DNA of 64,000 nucleotides from Escherichia coli (GCF_003790525.1 NZ_CP033635.1), one strand, 5' to 3'; positions 10,886 to 23,528 are shown, counted from the stretch's first letter. Notes: generated by a model from the sequence alone, not told the origin. Numbers and translations: made by a program.

Positions 10886-12271
10886 ATGCTGACATTCATT
10901 GAACTCCTTATTGGGGTTGTGGTTATTGTGGGTGTAGCTCGCTACATCATTAAAGGGTATTCCGCCACTGGCGTGTTATTTGTCGGTGGCCTGTTATTGC
11001 TGATTATCAGTGCCATTATGGGGCACAAAGTGTTACCGTCCAGCCAGGCTTCAACAGGCTACAGCGCCACGGATATCGTTGAATACGTTAAAATATTGCT
11101 AATGAGCCGCGGCGGCGACCTCGGCATGATGATTATGATGCTGTGTGGCTTTGCCGCTTACATGACCCATATCGGCGCGAATGATATGGTGGTCAAGCTG
11201 GCGTCAAAACCATTGCAGTATATTAACTCCCCTTACCTGCTGATGATTGCCGCCTATTTTGTCGCCTGTCTGATGTCTCTGGCCGTCTCTTCCGCAACCG
11301 GTCTGGGTGTTTTGCTGATGGCAACCCTGTTTCCGGTGATGGTAAACGTTGGTATCAGCCGTGGTGCAGCTGCTGCTATTTGTGCCTCCCCGGCGGCGAT
11401 TATTCTCGCACCGACTTCAGGGGATGTGGTGCTGGCGGCGCAGGCTTCCGAAATGTCGCTGATTGACTTCGCCTTCAAAACGACGCTGCCTATCTCAATT
11501 GCTGCAATTATCGGCATGGCGATCGCCCACTTCTTCTGGCAACGTTATCTGGATAAAAAAGAGCACATCTCTCATGAAATGTTAGATGTCAGTGAAATCA
11601 CCACTACTGCTCCTGCGTTTTATGCCATTTTGCCGTTCACGCCGATCATCGGAGTGCTGATTTTTGACGGCAAATGGGGTCCGCAATTACACATCATCAC
11701 TATTCTGGTGATTTGTATGCTGATTGCCTCCATTCTGGAGTTCATCCGCAGCTTTAATACCCAGAAAGTTTTCTCTGGTCTGGAAGTGGCTTATCGCGGG
11801 ATGGCCGATGCGTTTGCTAACGTGGTGATGCTGCTGGTTGCCGCTGGGGTATTCGCTCAGGGGCTTAGCACCATCGGCTTTATTCAAAGTCTGATTTCTA
11901 TCGCCACCTCGTTTGGTTCGGCGAGTATCATCCTGATGCTGGTATTAGTGATCCTGACAATGCTGGCGGCAGTCACGACCGGTTCAGGCAATGCGCCGTT
12001 TTATGCGTTTGTTGAGATGATCCCGAAACTGGCGCACTCTTCCGGCATTAACCCGGCGTATTTGACTATCCCAATGCTGCAGGCGTCAAACCTCGGCCGT
12101 ACCCTGTCACCCGTTTCTGGCGTAGTCGTTGCGGTTGCCGGGATGGCGAAAATCTCACCATTTGAAGTCGTAAAACGCACCTCGGTGCCGGTGCTTGTTG
12201 GGCTGGTGATTGTTATCGTTGCTACAGAGCTGATGGTGCCAGGAACGGCAGCCGCGGTCACAGGCAAGTAA
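10886..12271 (+). CDS. dcuC: Anaerobic C4-dicarboxylate transporter DcuC
   Basis: 461 aa polytopic membrane protein; uninterrupted. Confidence 0.9.
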   Translation: MLTFIELLIGVVVIVGVARYIIKGYSATGVLFVGGLLLLIISAIMGHKVLPSSQASTGYSATDIVEYVKILLMSRGGDLGMMIMMLCGFAAYMTHIGANDMVVKLASKPLQYINSPYLLMIAAYFVACLMSLAVSSATGLGVLLMATLFPVMVNVGISRGAAAAICASPAAIILAPTSGDVVLAAQASEMSLIDFAFKTTLPISIAAIIGMAIAHFFWQRYLDKKEHISHEMLDVSEITTTAPAFYAILPFTPIIGVLIFDGKWGPQLHIITILVICMLIASILEFIRSFNTQKVFSGLEVAYRGMADAFANVVMLLVAAGVFAQGLSTIGFIQSLISIATSFGSASIILMLVLVILTMLAAVTTGSGNAPFYAFVEMIPKLAHSSGINPAYLTIPMLQASNLGRTLSPVSGVVVAVAGMAKISPFEVVKRTSVPVLVGLVIVIVATELMVPGTAAAVTGK

Positions 12272-12279
12272 ATAGTCAT

Positions 12280-12308
12280 GCCGGAGGCAAGTTTCCTCCG
12301 GCTTTATC
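12280..12308. terminator. Bidirectional terminator between dcuC and dpiA
   Basis: gccggaggcaa-g-tttcctccggc hairpin followed by tttatc. Confidence 0.6.
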
Positions 12309-12311
12309 ATG

Positions 12312-12992
12312 TCACCCACTGTGGTATATGCGTTGCGGTCTGCCAACTTTGCCGTGAACAATTTCAGCAATAATCAGATGGCGGCTGGCGCAATATTCAA
12401 GATAACGTCTGGCAGTGGTGCGGCTGATAGTCAGTGCCTGCGCCACCGTTTCTGCCGTATGTTGCACACCAGGCTCTTTAAACAGTTTTCGCACTGCGTT
12501 TAGCGTCAAGGGGTCAATGCCGGTCGGCAGTTCGTCTTTGGGTTCACCGCGAGCATAGGCATTAAACATCTCATCAATTTGCTTCTGGCTGGCGCTATCA
12601 ATACTTTCCAGCATATGTTTACGCTGGCGGAAACGGGTTAGCGTTTGCCCCAGCCGTTCATAGGCAATGGGCTTAATGAGATAATCAAATACACCACAAC
12701 GTACGGCTTCAGACACCGTTTCCATATCGCTGGCTGCAGTGGTAAACACCACGTCGCCGGGATAATGCGCCTGCACCAGTTCATGCAGTAAATTAATCCC
12801 TCTACCGTCAGGAAGATAGTTATCGAGCAAGATTAGCCCCGGCTTAAAACGCTCGATCATCATTCGGGCCTGCGCCAGGTTTCCCGCCAGTAATATCTGA
12901 CTGAATCCGGGAATGTGACGAATATATTCCGCATGCATCTCTGCCAGCGGCGTTTCGTCCTCAACGATCAATAGGGTTAATGGAGCTGTCAT
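12312..12992 (-). CDS. dpiA: Two-component response regulator DpiA/CitB
   Basis: 226 aa; receiver domain plus C-terminal HTH. Confidence 0.9.
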   Translation of the reverse strand: MTAPLTLLIVEDETPLAEMHAEYIRHIPGFSQILLAGNLAQARMMIERFKPGLILLDNYLPDGRGINLLHELVQAHYPGDVVFTTAASDMETVSEAVRCGVFDYLIKPIAYERLGQTLTRFRQRKHMLESIDSASQKQIDEMFNAYARGEPKDELPTGIDPLTLNAVRKLFKEPGVQHTAETVAQALTISRTTARRYLEYCASRHLIIAEIVHGKVGRPQRIYHSG

Positions 12993-14619
12993 TAGGTTTC
13001 ACTTTCGGAATATAGATTGAAAATAAGGTACCGCAGGGATCATTATCTTCGAGAGTGATAACACCACCGCAGCGCGTTACGTAGCTGGCAATCAAGTACA
13101 ACCCAATGCCATGTTCGCCGGGCTCGTCAGCACGCGTACTGACACCCTGCTCAAATATTTTGTCTCGTAGAGACTCTGGAACGCCGCAGCCCTGATCGGC
13201 GACTTCAATCACCACATCATCGCCTTCATCGCTGAGGAATAATTCAACGATCTTGTTTCCTTCATCGCTACGTAGGCTGGCTTCGAAGGCGTTATCAAGT
13301 AAATTGCCAACAATGGCTGCAAACTCGGTGCTGTCCAGTCCTGGCGGCAGTTGCGAAAGCTGACTTCCGGGGACGATGACCATTTTTAGCCCCAGTTCGC
13401 GGGCGCGCTGCACTTTACCAAAAAGCAGCCCCGCCACCTGGCGATCGGCAAACGCCTCGCGCAGGCTATCAATAAGCTGTTGCTGGGCCTGAGACTCCCC
13501 CTGCACCATCGCCAGCACGCGATCATACTCTTTCATCTGCAACAGACCATTGAGCGTCGACATCCAATTGAGATGCTCGTGTCGCAATGTGCGCAGGCTC
13601 TCGACGTATTGTTTAATTTGCGTCAGTTGCGCATTGAGGGTGGATATTTCGTCTTTACTACGAAAGCTGATAATGGCCCCCAGCAAATCATCACCAGAAC
13701 GAATAGCTTCCCGGTTGGCAATAACGCTCAGACCGTTAAAGTTCGCCACCACATCCTGACGTTTTTCATCAATCTGTTCGGTAAAGAAATCGGCGGGCCT
13801 GACCACTTCAGCAATGGGTTTACCCAACCATTGCCGTCCGGGGGAACTCAGACCCAGCATCTTTCTTGCGTTACGATTGATGGCGGTAATGTAACCATGC
13901 GGATCCACCGCAATGAGCCCTTCATAAACCGAACTAAACAGCGCCTCTTGCTGACGGACCACGCGTGCGATTTGCTTTGGCTCCATGCCCATCATCTGCC
14001 GACGGATATGCGCGGCCAGGAACCACGATAGCAACATCAGAATCCCTAACAGCACGACAAACACGCCAGCCATCGGTAATAAAAACTCAGCCCGCCAGCT
14101 ATCGATTTTACTCACCAGGTAGCCAATCGACACCACGCCGATGACTTTTCCATCGTCATCAAAGATTGGCGTTTTGGCACGCATCGCCATGCCAATTGAC
14201 CCTTTCCCGGTGATGAAGTAGCTCTCCCCTTTCTCCAGCGCGCCCGGTTTGGTGAACTGCATAGGATAACCAATTTTCTCCGGATTAGGATGGTAAAGAC
14301 GAATCGAGTGCCGATCGCCAATCACCACATAATCGAAATCAGTATCTCTTTGTAATTTGTCAGCGATGGTCGCCAGCCTCTTGTAGTCACGCGTTTTCAC
14401 TGCGCTGATGATACTGTCATTAGAAGCAATAATTTTTGCCTGATTCATTGCCATGTCGCGCACATGAAGCGTTAAATAGTCCTCAAAACTGGCTGTAAAA
14501 TATTGCGCCAGGGCTGCAATGACAAATATTGAGAACACCAGAATCAGCAAAAAGATACGCAGCGGAAATGCCAGTCTTTGGAAAAATGCAAACTGTTTAT
14601 TCTCGTTAAGCTGCAACAT
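12961..14619 (-). CDS. dpiB: Citrate-sensing histidine kinase DpiB/CitA
   Basis: 552 aa from the internal Met MLQLNENKQF; two TM segments, periplasmic PAS-like sensor, kinase domain; overlaps dpiA by 32 nt. Confidence 0.9.
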   Translation of the reverse strand: MLQLNENKQFAFFQRLAFPLRIFLLILVFSIFVIAALAQYFTASFEDYLTLHVRDMAMNQAKIIASNDSIISAVKTRDYKRLATIADKLQRDTDFDYVVIGDRHSIRLYHPNPEKIGYPMQFTKPGALEKGESYFITGKGSIGMAMRAKTPIFDDDGKVIGVVSIGYLVSKIDSWRAEFLLPMAGVFVVLLGILMLLSWFLAAHIRRQMMGMEPKQIARVVRQQEALFSSVYEGLIAVDPHGYITAINRNARKMLGLSSPGRQWLGKPIAEVVRPADFFTEQIDEKRQDVVANFNGLSVIANREAIRSGDDLLGAIISFRSKDEISTLNAQLTQIKQYVESLRTLRHEHLNWMSTLNGLLQMKEYDRVLAMVQGESQAQQQLIDSLREAFADRQVAGLLFGKVQRARELGLKMVIVPGSQLSQLPPGLDSTEFAAIVGNLLDNAFEASLRSDEGNKIVELFLSDEGDDVVIEVADQGCGVPESLRDKIFEQGVSTRADEPGEHGIGLYLIASYVTRCGGVITLEDNDPCGTLFSIYIPKVKPNDSSINPIDR

Positions 14620-14997
14620 TGTTTTCCTTGCGGGTTGTCCCGAGCCTCTTTGACGGATGTAATTAAAATGTTGAATCAAAATACATAGATATTAAATATG
14701 ATCGTGGCAAATTTTATTCATTAAATCAATTAAATCACTTAAACCTGCGGGTCATTTCGTAATTACATTAGTTAAAAAACTTAAAACCATTAAATAAATA
14801 AAAAACCACTAACTCTATGTGAAATAAATCAAAATTTCACGCCGAAATACTCCTTAGGATGTATAGCGAAAGGAGAAAAAGATATATCTCGATCACCCCC
14901 TTTCTCCCAAGTGAAAATAAAAGGTTATCAGTTTGCAACATCGAACAACATTCGTTGCAAATCGATAACAACATGCACCTTCAGGATACTATTTATT

Positions 14998-16056
14998 ATG
15001 TTCGGCAATGATATTTTCACCCGTGTAAAACGTTCAGAAAATAAAAAAATGGCGGAAATCGCCCAATTCCTGCATGAAAATGATTTGAGCGTTGACACCA
15101 CAGTCGAAGTATTTATTACCGTAACCCGCGATGAAAAGCTTATCGCGTGCGGTGGAATTGCCGGAAATATTATTAAATGCGTTGCTATCAGTGAATCCGT
15201 TCGCGGTGAAGGACTGACGCTGACATTAGCCACTGAATTGATAAACCTCGCCTATGAGCGGCACAGCACGCATCTGTTTATTTATACCAAAACCGAATAC
15301 GAGGCGCTGTTCCGCCAGTGCGGTTTTTCCACGCTGACCAGTGTACCCGGCGTGATGGTGCTGATGGAAAACAGCGCCACGCGACTGAAACGCTATGCCG
15401 AATCGCTGAAAAAATTTCGTCATCCAGGGAACAAGATTGGCTGCATTGTGATGAACGCCAATCCCTTTACGAATGGTCACCGTTATCTGATTCAACAGGC
15501 TGCAGCACAGTGCGACTGGTTGCATCTGTTTTTAGTTAAAGAAGATTCTTCACGCTTTCCCTATGAAGACCGGCTGGATCTGGTGTTAAAAGGCACCGCC
15601 GATATTCCACGCCTGACTGTGCATCGCGGCTCCGAATACATCATCTCCCGCGCTACGTTCCCTTGCTACTTCATTAAAGAACAGAGCGTCATTAACCATT
15701 GTTACACCGAAATTGATCTGAAGATTTTCCGTCAGTACCTCGCTCCCGCGCTGGGTGTAACTCACCGCTTTGTCGGTACTGAACCCTTTTGTCGTGTTAC
15801 CGCCCAGTACAACCAGGATATGCGCTACTGGCTGGAAACGCCGACTATCTCCGCACCGCCCATCGAACTGGTTGAAATTGAGCGGCTGCGTTACCAGGAG
15901 ATGCCGATATCCGCTTCCCGGGTACGTCAACTGCTGGCGAAAAACGATCTCACGGCTATCGCGCCGCTGGTCCCTGCAGTCACGCTGCATTATTTGCAGA
16001 ACCTGCTTGAGCACTCCCGCCAGGACGCGGCAGCTCGTCAAAAGACCCCCGCATGA
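14998..16056 (+). CDS. citC: [Citrate (pro-3S)-lyase] ligase
   Basis: 352 aa from MFGNDIFTRV; the ORF-track upstream extension is rejected. Confidence 0.9.
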   Translation: MFGNDIFTRVKRSENKKMAEIAQFLHENDLSVDTTVEVFITVTRDEKLIACGGIAGNIIKCVAISESVRGEGLTLTLATELINLAYERHSTHLFIYTKTEYEALFRQCGFSTLTSVPGVMVLMENSATRLKRYAESLKKFRHPGNKIGCIVMNANPFTNGHRYLIQQAAAQCDWLHLFLVKEDSSRFPYEDRLDLVLKGTADIPRLTVHRGSEYIISRATFPCYFIKEQSVINHCYTEIDLKIFRQYLAPALGVTHRFVGTEPFCRVTAQYNQDMRYWLETPTISAPPIELVEIERLRYQEMPISASRVRQLLAKNDLTAIAPLVPAVTLHYLQNLLEHSRQDAAARQKTPA

Positions 16057-16070
16057 GAAACAGGTGAAAA

Positions 16071-16367
16071 ATGAAAATAAACCAGCCCGCCGTTGCAGGC
16101 ACCCTTGAGTCTGGGGATGTGATGATACGCATCGCCCCACTCGATACGCAGGATATCGACCTGCAAATCAACAGCAGCGTTGAGAAACAGTTTGGCGATG
16201 CAATTCGCACCACCATTCTGGACGTTCTCGCCCGCTACAACGTGCGCGGCGTACAGCTGAATGTCGATGACAAAGGCGCACTGGACTGCATTTTACGTGC
16301 ACGACTGGAAGCCCTGCTGGCACGCGCCAGCGGTATCCCGGCTCTGCCATGGGAGGATTGCCAATGA
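16071..16367 (+). CDS. citD: Citrate lyase acyl carrier protein (gamma subunit)
   Basis: 98 aa. Confidence 0.9.
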
Positions 16368-17272
16368 TTTCCGCTTCGCTGCAACAACGTAAAACTCGCA
16401 CCCGCCGCAGCATGCTGTTTGTGCCAGGTGCCAATGCCGCGATGGTCAGCAACTCATTCATCTACCCGGCTGATGCCCTGATGTTTGACCTCGAAGACTC
16501 CGTGGCATTGCGTGAAAAAGACACCGCCCGCCGCATGGTTTACCACGCGCTGCAACATCCGCTGTATCGCGATATTGAAACCATTGTGCGTGTAAACGCG
16601 CTGGATTCCGAATGGGGTGTTAACGACCTGGAAGCCGTCGTTCGCGGTGGTGCGGACGTTGTGCGTCTGCCGAAAACCGATACCGCTCAGGATGTTCTGG
16701 ATATCGAAAAAGAGATCCTGCGCATCGAAAAAGCCTGTGGTCGTGAACCCGGCAGCACCGGCCTGCTGGCAGCGATTGAATCTCCGCTGGGCATTACCCG
16801 CGCAGTGGAAATCGCTCACGCTTCCGAGCGTTTGATCGGTATCGCCCTCGGTGCAGAAGACTATGTGCGCAACCTGCGTACAGAACGCTCCCCGGAAGGA
16901 ACTGAACTGCTGTTCGCACGCTGCTCCATTTTGCAGGCCGCGCGCTCTGCGGGTATTCAGGCGTTCGATACCGTCTATTCCGACGCTAACAACGAAGCCG
17001 GATTCCTGCAAGAAGCCGCCCACATCAAACAGCTGGGCTTTGACGGCAAATCGCTGATCAACCCGCGTCAGATTGATCTGCTGCACAACCTCTACGCACC
17101 GACTCAGAAAGAAGTGGATCACGCCCGCCGCGTCGTAGAAGCCGCTGAAGCCGCCGCTCGCGAAGGCCTCGGCGTGGTTTCCCTGAACGGCAAGATGGTG
17201 GACGGTCCGGTTATCGATCGCGCCCGTCTGGTGCTCTCCCGTGCAGAACTTTCCGGCATCCGCGAAGAATAA
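16364..17272 (+). CDS. citE: Citrate lyase beta subunit (citryl-ACP lyase)
   Basis: 302 aa from [14 protein letters not shown] overlap with the citD stop. Confidence 0.9.
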
Positions 17273-17282
17273 GGCAATCAAA

Positions 17283-18815
17283 ATGACGCAGAAAATTGAA
17301 CAATCTCAACGACAAGAACGGGTAGCGGCCTGGAATCGTCGCGCTGAATGCGATCTTGCCGCTTTCCAGAACTCGCCAAAGCAAACCTACCAGGCTGAAA
17401 AAGCGCGCGATCGCAAACTGTGCGCCAACCTGGAAGAAGCGATTCGTCGCTCTGGTTTACAGGACGGTATGACGGTTTCCTTCCATCACGCTTTCCGTGG
17501 CGGTGACCTGACCGTCAATATGGTGATGGACGTCATCGCGAAGATGGGCTTTAAAAACCTGACTCTGGCCTCCAGCTCCCTGAGTGATTGCCATGCGCCG
17601 CTGGTAGAACACATTCGCCGGGGCGTGGTTACCCGCATTTATACCTCTGGCCTGCGCGGTCCACTGGCGGAAGAAATCTCCCGTGGTCTGCTGGCGGAAC
17701 CGGTGCAAATCCACTCTCACGGCGGACGTGTGCATCTGGTACAGAGCGGCGAACTGAATATCGATGTGGCTTTCCTCGGCGTCCCGTCCTGTGATGAATT
17801 CGGTAATGCCAACGGCTACTCCGGTAAAGCCTGCTGCGGCTCCCTCGGCTATGCAATGGTTGATGCCGACAACGCAAAACAGGTCGTGATGCTTACCGAA
17901 GAACTGCTGCCTTATCCGCATAATCCGGCAAGCATTGAGCAAGATCAGGTTGATCTGATCGTCAAAGTTGATCGCGTTGGCGATGCTGCAAAAATCGGCG
18001 CTGGTGCTACCCGTATGACCACTAACCCGCGCGAACTGCTTATTGCCCGTAGCGCTGCGGATGTGATTGTTAACTCTGGCTACTTCAAAGAAGGTTTCTC
18101 CATGCAGACCGGCACCGGCGGCGCTTCGCTGGCGGTAACCCGTTTCCTGGAAGACAAAATGCGTAGCCGCGATATTCGCGCCGACTTCGCCCTCGGCGGT
18201 ATTACCGCAACGATGGTTGATCTGCACGAAAAAGGTTTGATCCGCAAACTGCTGGATGTGCAGAGCTTTGACAGCCACGCTGCGCAATCGCTGGCCCGTA
18301 ACCCCAATCACATCGAAATCAGCGCCAACCAGTACGCTAACTGGGGTTCGAAAGGTGCATCGGTTGATCGTCTCGACGTGGTGGTACTGAGCGCGCTGGA
18401 AATTGACACCCAGTTCAACGTTAACGTGCTGACCGGCTCTGACGGCGTACTGCGTGGCGCTTCCGGTGGTCACTGCGATACCGCGATTGCCTCTGCACTT
18501 TCCATCATCGTCGCACCGCTGGTACGCGGTCGTATTCCGACTCTGGTGGATAACGTGCTGACCTGCATCACCCCGGGCTCCAGTGTCGATATTCTGGTCA
18601 CAGACCACGGTATCGCAGTTAACCCGGCACGTCCGGAACTGGCAGAACGTCTGCAGGAAGCGGGCATTAAAGTGGTTTCCATTGAGTGGCTGCGTGAACG
18701 TGCGCGTCTGCTGACCGGTGAACCACAGCCGATTGAATTCACCGACCGCGTCGTTGCCGTTGTGCGTTACCGCGATGGCTCGGTGATCGATGTTGTGCAT
18801 CAGGTGAAGGAATAA
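17283..18815 (+). CDS. citF: Citrate lyase alpha subunit (citrate CoA-transferase)
   Basis: 510 aa from MTQKIEQSQRQ. Confidence 0.9.
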   Translation: MTQKIEQSQRQERVAAWNRRAECDLAAFQNSPKQTYQAEKARDRKLCANLEEAIRRSGLQDGMTVSFHHAFRGGDLTVNMVMDVIAKMGFKNLTLASSSLSDCHAPLVEHIRRGVVTRIYTSGLRGPLAEEISRGLLAEPVQIHSHGGRVHLVQSGELNIDVAFLGVPSCDEFGNANGYSGKACCGSLGYAMVDADNAKQVVMLTEELLPYPHNPASIEQDQVDLIVKVDRVGDAAKIGAGATRMTTNPRELLIARSAADVIVNSGYFKEGFSMQTGTGGASLAVTRFLEDKMRSRDIRADFALGGITATMVDLHEKGLIRKLLDVQSFDSHAAQSLARNPNHIEISANQYANWGSKGASVDRLDVVVLSALEIDTQFNVNVLTGSDGVLRGASGGHCDTAIASALSIIVAPLVRGRIPTLVDNVLTCITPGSSVDILVTDHGIAVNPARPELAERLQEAGIKVVSIEWLRERARLLTGEPQPIEFTDRVVAVVRYRDGSVIDVVHQVKE

Positions 18816-18818
18816 GCC

Positions 18819-20223
<1,405 letters not shown>

Positions 20224-20272
20224 TAATTTAAGCACTTGATAAAATTGGAATATTAATTGTCGGAGAACCCGT

Positions 20273-21736
20273 ATGTCTTTAGCAAAAGATAATATATGGA
20301 AATTATTGGCGCCCCTGGTGGTGATGGGTGTCATGTTTCTTATCCCTGTACCTGACGGTATGCCGCCGCAGGCGTGGCATTACTTTGCAGTGTTTGTGGC
20401 AATGATTGTCGGCATGATCCTCGAGCCAATTCCGGCAACGGCGATCAGTTTTATTGCGGTTACTATTTGCGTTATTGGCAGTAATTACCTGCTCTTTGAT
20501 GCCAAAGAATTAGCTGACCCAGCGTTTAATGCGCAAAAACAGGCGCTGAAATGGGGGCTGGCAGGTTTCTCCAGCACCACCGTCTGGCTGGTGTTTGGCG
20601 CATTTATTTTTGCGCTGGGCTATGAAGTCACCGGTCTGGGCCGTCGTATCGCCCTTTTCCTGGTGAAATTCATGGGTAAACGCACGCTGACGCTGGGTTA
20701 CGCGATTGTCATTATCGACATTCTGCTGGCACCGTTTACACCGTCCAACACCGCGCGTACCGGGGGTACGGTTTTTCCGGTCATTAAAAACCTGCCGCCG
20801 CTGTTTAAATCATTCCCGAACGATCCGTCCGCGCGTCGTATTGGCGGCTATTTGATGTGGATGATGGTCATTAGTACCAGTCTGAGTTCGTCCATGTTTG
20901 TCACCGGTGCGGCACCAAACGTGCTGGGTCTGGAGTTCGTCAGCAAAATCGCAGGGATCCAGATTAGCTGGCTGCAATGGTTCCTGAGCTTCCTGCCGGT
21001 CGGTATTATTTTGCTGATCGTTGCTCCGTGGCTCTCCTATGTGCTGTACAAGCCGGAAGTGACTCACAGTGCCGAAGTGGCAGCATGGGCCGGTGATGAA
21101 CTGAAAACGATGGGTGCATTGAGCCGTAAAGAGTGGACCCTGATAGGTCTGGTGCTGCTGAGCTTAGGCTTATGGGTATTCGGCGGCGAAATGATCGACG
21201 CCACGGCGGTAGGTCTGCTGGCGGTTTCGCTGATGCTGGCCCTGCACGTTGTACCGTGGAAAGACATTACCCGCTACAACAGCGCCTGGAACACACTGGT
21301 CAACCTGGCAACGCTGGTTGTTATGGCGAACGGTTTGACCCGCTCTGGTTTTATCGACTGGTTCGCTAGCACCATGAGCACGCACCTGGAAGGCTTCTCA
21401 CCGAACGCAACGGTAATTGTACTGGTTCTGGTGTTCTACTTTGCACACTACCTGTTTGCCAGCCTGTCTGCGCACACCGCAACCATGCTGCCGGTTATTC
21501 TGGCCGTCGGTAAAGGTATTCCGGGCGTACCAATGGAACAACTGTGTATCCTGCTGGTGCTGTCTATCGGTATCATGGGCTGTCTGACGCCGTATGCAAC
21601 CGGTCCTGGGGTGATTATTTACGGCTGTGGCTATGTGAAATCAAAAGATTACTGGCGTCTTGGCGCAATCTTCGGGGTGATTTACATCTCTATGCTGCTG
21701 TTGGTTGGCTGGCCGATTCTCGCCATGTGGAACTAA
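20273..21736 (+). CDS. citT: Citrate:succinate antiporter
   Basis: 487 aa polytopic transporter. Confidence 0.9.
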   Translation: MSLAKDNIWKLLAPLVVMGVMFLIPVPDGMPPQAWHYFAVFVAMIVGMILEPIPATAISFIAVTICVIGSNYLLFDAKELADPAFNAQKQALKWGLAGFSSTTVWLVFGAFIFALGYEVTGLGRRIALFLVKFMGKRTLTLGYAIVIIDILLAPFTPSNTARTGGTVFPVIKNLPPLFKSFPNDPSARRIGGYLMWMMVISTSLSSSMFVTGAAPNVLGLEFVSKIAGIQISWLQWFLSFLPVGIILLIVAPWLSYVLYKPEVTHSAEVAAWAGDELKTMGALSRKEWTLIGLVLLSLGLWVFGGEMIDATAVGLLAVSLMLALHVVPWKDITRYNSAWNTLVNLATLVVMANGLTRSGFIDWFASTMSTHLEGFSPNATVIVLVLVFYFAHYLFASLSAHTATMLPVILAVGKGIPGVPMEQLCILLVLSIGIMGCLTPYATGPGVIIYGCGYVKSKDYWRLGAIFGVIYISMLLLVGWPILAMWN

Positions 21737-21766
21737 TACGTTCGCCAAACGCTGAATAAATCATCA

Positions 21767-21803
21767 CGCCCGCCAGGTAAGCCCACCTGGCGGGCTTTTT
21801 TAT
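21767..21803 (+). terminator. Rho-independent terminator after citT
   Basis: cgcccgccaggt-aagccc-acctggcgggc hairpin followed by ttttttat. Confidence 0.7.
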
Positions 21804-21849
21804 GATTTAATAGATAGTATTCAGTATATGTATGAGTTCCACACCCATT

Positions 21850-22656
21850 ATGAAAGCATTCTGGCGTAACGCCGCGTTGCTCGCGGTTTCTCTGCTTCCC
21901 TTCTCTTCTGCCAACGCCGTGGCGTTGCAGGCAAAACAGTATGGCGATTTTGATCGCTATGTCCTGGCCCTCTCCTGGCAAACCGGATTTTGCCAGAGTC
22001 AACACGATCGAAATCGTAACGAACGAGATGAATGTCGCCTGCAAACCGAAACGACCAACAAAGCTGATTTTCTGACCGTACATGGTCTGTGGCCAGGATT
22101 GCCTAAATCGGTTGCTGCCCGTGGTGTTGATGAACGCCGCTGGATGCGCTTCGGTTGCGCTACTCGCCCAATCCCGAATCTACCAGAAGCGCGCGCCAGC
22201 CGAATGTGTTCATCTCCGGAAACCGGGTTATCGCTGGAAACGGCCGCTAAACTAAGTGAAGTCATGCCAGGAGCTGGCGGACGTTCCTGCCTGGAACGCT
22301 ACGAATATGCCAAACACGGTGCCTGCTTTGGTTTTGATCCAGACGCATACTTCGGCACGATGGTACGCCTGAATCAAGAAATTAAAGAGAACGAAGCCGG
22401 AAAATTCCTTGCGGATAACTACGGTAAAACAGTGAGCCGCCGTGACTTTGATGCCGCCTTTGCCAAAAGCTGGGGAAAAGAGAACGTGAAAGCAGTTAAG
22501 CTAACGTGCCAGGGTAACCCTGCGTATTTGACTGAAATTCAGATCTCGATCAAAGCTGACGCCATCAACGCTCCGCTTTCTGCCAACTCATTCTTGCCAC
22601 AACCACACCCAGGCAACTGTGGCAAAACCTTTGTGATTGATAAAGCAGGTTATTAA
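21850..22656 (+). CDS. rna: Periplasmic ribonuclease I (RNase T2 family)
   Basis: 268 aa from MKAFWRNAALLAVSLLPFSSANA (signal peptide). Confidence 0.9.
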   Translation: MKAFWRNAALLAVSLLPFSSANAVALQAKQYGDFDRYVLALSWQTGFCQSQHDRNRNERDECRLQTETTNKADFLTVHGLWPGLPKSVAARGVDERRWMRFGCATRPIPNLPEARASRMCSSPETGLSLETAAKLSEVMPGAGGRSCLERYEYAKHGACFGFDPDAYFGTMVRLNQEIKENEAGKFLADNYGKTVSRRDFDAAFAKSWGKENVKAVKLTCQGNPAYLTEIQISIKADAINAPLSANSFLPQPHPGNCGKTFVIDKAGY

Positions 22657-22885
22657 TCCTCTGATTTACAAAACACGCTAATTCGTCTTCCATAAACCAT
22701 GACGATTAAGATTTATACATAATGCGCTACATTGAGGAATTCCCTGAATGTGACGCAAATCACTTCAAAGAGTGAGCAACAGTCAGTATCATCATGTGAG
22801 TTAAACCCTCGCCGCCTGACGGTGAGGGTTTTCTTTTGGGTATGTTTATCTGCGACACTCGCAGTACCGACGACATGGAGTAAAA

Positions 22886-23296
22886 ATGTCCAGACCAACT
22901 ATCATCATTAACGACCTGGATGCCGAACGCATCGATATTCTGCTGGAGCAACCCGCCTATGCTGGTTTGCCAATCGCCGACGCGTTAAACGCAGAGTTGG
23001 ATCGCGCCCAAATGTGTTCGCCAGAAGAGATGCCACACGACGTGGTGACAATGAACAGCCGGGTTAAATTCCGCAATCTTAGCGATGGCGAAGTGCGTGT
23101 GCGCACGCTGGTGTATCCGGCAAAAATGACCGACAGCAATACTCAGCTTTCCGTTATGGCTCCGGTAGGTGCCGCACTGCTGGGGCTGCGCGTTGGCGAT
23201 TCCATTCACTGGGAACTGCCGGGCGGCGTTGCAACCCACCTTGAAGTGCTGGAACTCGAATACCAGCCAGAAGCTGCTGGCGATTACCTGCTTTAA
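22886..23296 (+). CDS. rnk: Regulator of nucleoside diphosphate kinase (GreA/GreB-like)
   Basis: 136 aa. Confidence 0.9.
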
Positions 23297-23330
23297 TCCC
23301 ATCTGCACAAGCGATAACTCGCTTTGCCCA

Positions 23331-23356
23331 GAGGATGCACTCGCATCCTCTTTCCG
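23331..23356 (+). terminator. Putative terminator after rnk
   Basis: gaggatgc-actc-gcatcctc hairpin followed by tttcc; weak U-tract. Confidence 0.4.
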
Positions 23357-23438
23357 CTCAAATATCAACCAGATTTATCATTTTGCTCTTAAGCGCAGCA
23401 TTCTAATCTGAACTGGTTATTCATCTGCGGAACCTCAT

Positions 23439-23528
23439 ATGAGCGAAGCTCTCGGTATCACTGCATTTTATATATTCATAGCAGCAATTATTGTTGCTGC
23501 AGTGCTATACCTTGAACAACGCTGGTAG
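23439..23528 (+). CDS. Hypothetical 29-codon hydrophobic ORF (MSEALGITAFYIFIAAIIVAAVLYLEQRW)
   Basis: ATG-initiated ORF with a single predicted TM helix in the rnk-uspG intergenic region; weak Shine-Dalgarno; not recognised as a known gene. Confidence 0.15.
   Translation: MSEALGITAFYIFIAAIIVAAVLYLEQRW

Noticed and set aside
14620-14679. N-terminal extensions suggested by the ORF track (dpiB from 14679; also citC from 14911, citE from 16349, citF from 17241, dsbG from 26770, entF from 51123, fepA from 52588, fepC from 44803, fepE from 46940, cspE from 9646, pheP from 63194)
   Set aside because: The longer frames start at the first in-frame start codon upstream. Internal starts give the lengths and N-terminal sequences I recognise for these products, and several extensions run into upstream genes or signal-less leaders
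14700-14880. Possible CRP site (tgtgaaataaatcaaaatttcacg) in the dpiB-citC divergent region
   Set aside because: Half-site spacing does not fit TGTGA-N6-TCACA; cannot be supported without footprint data
16454-17281. 275-aa minus-strand ORF antisense to citE
   Set aside because: Antisense shadow ORF inside a recognised gene; no start context or domain signal
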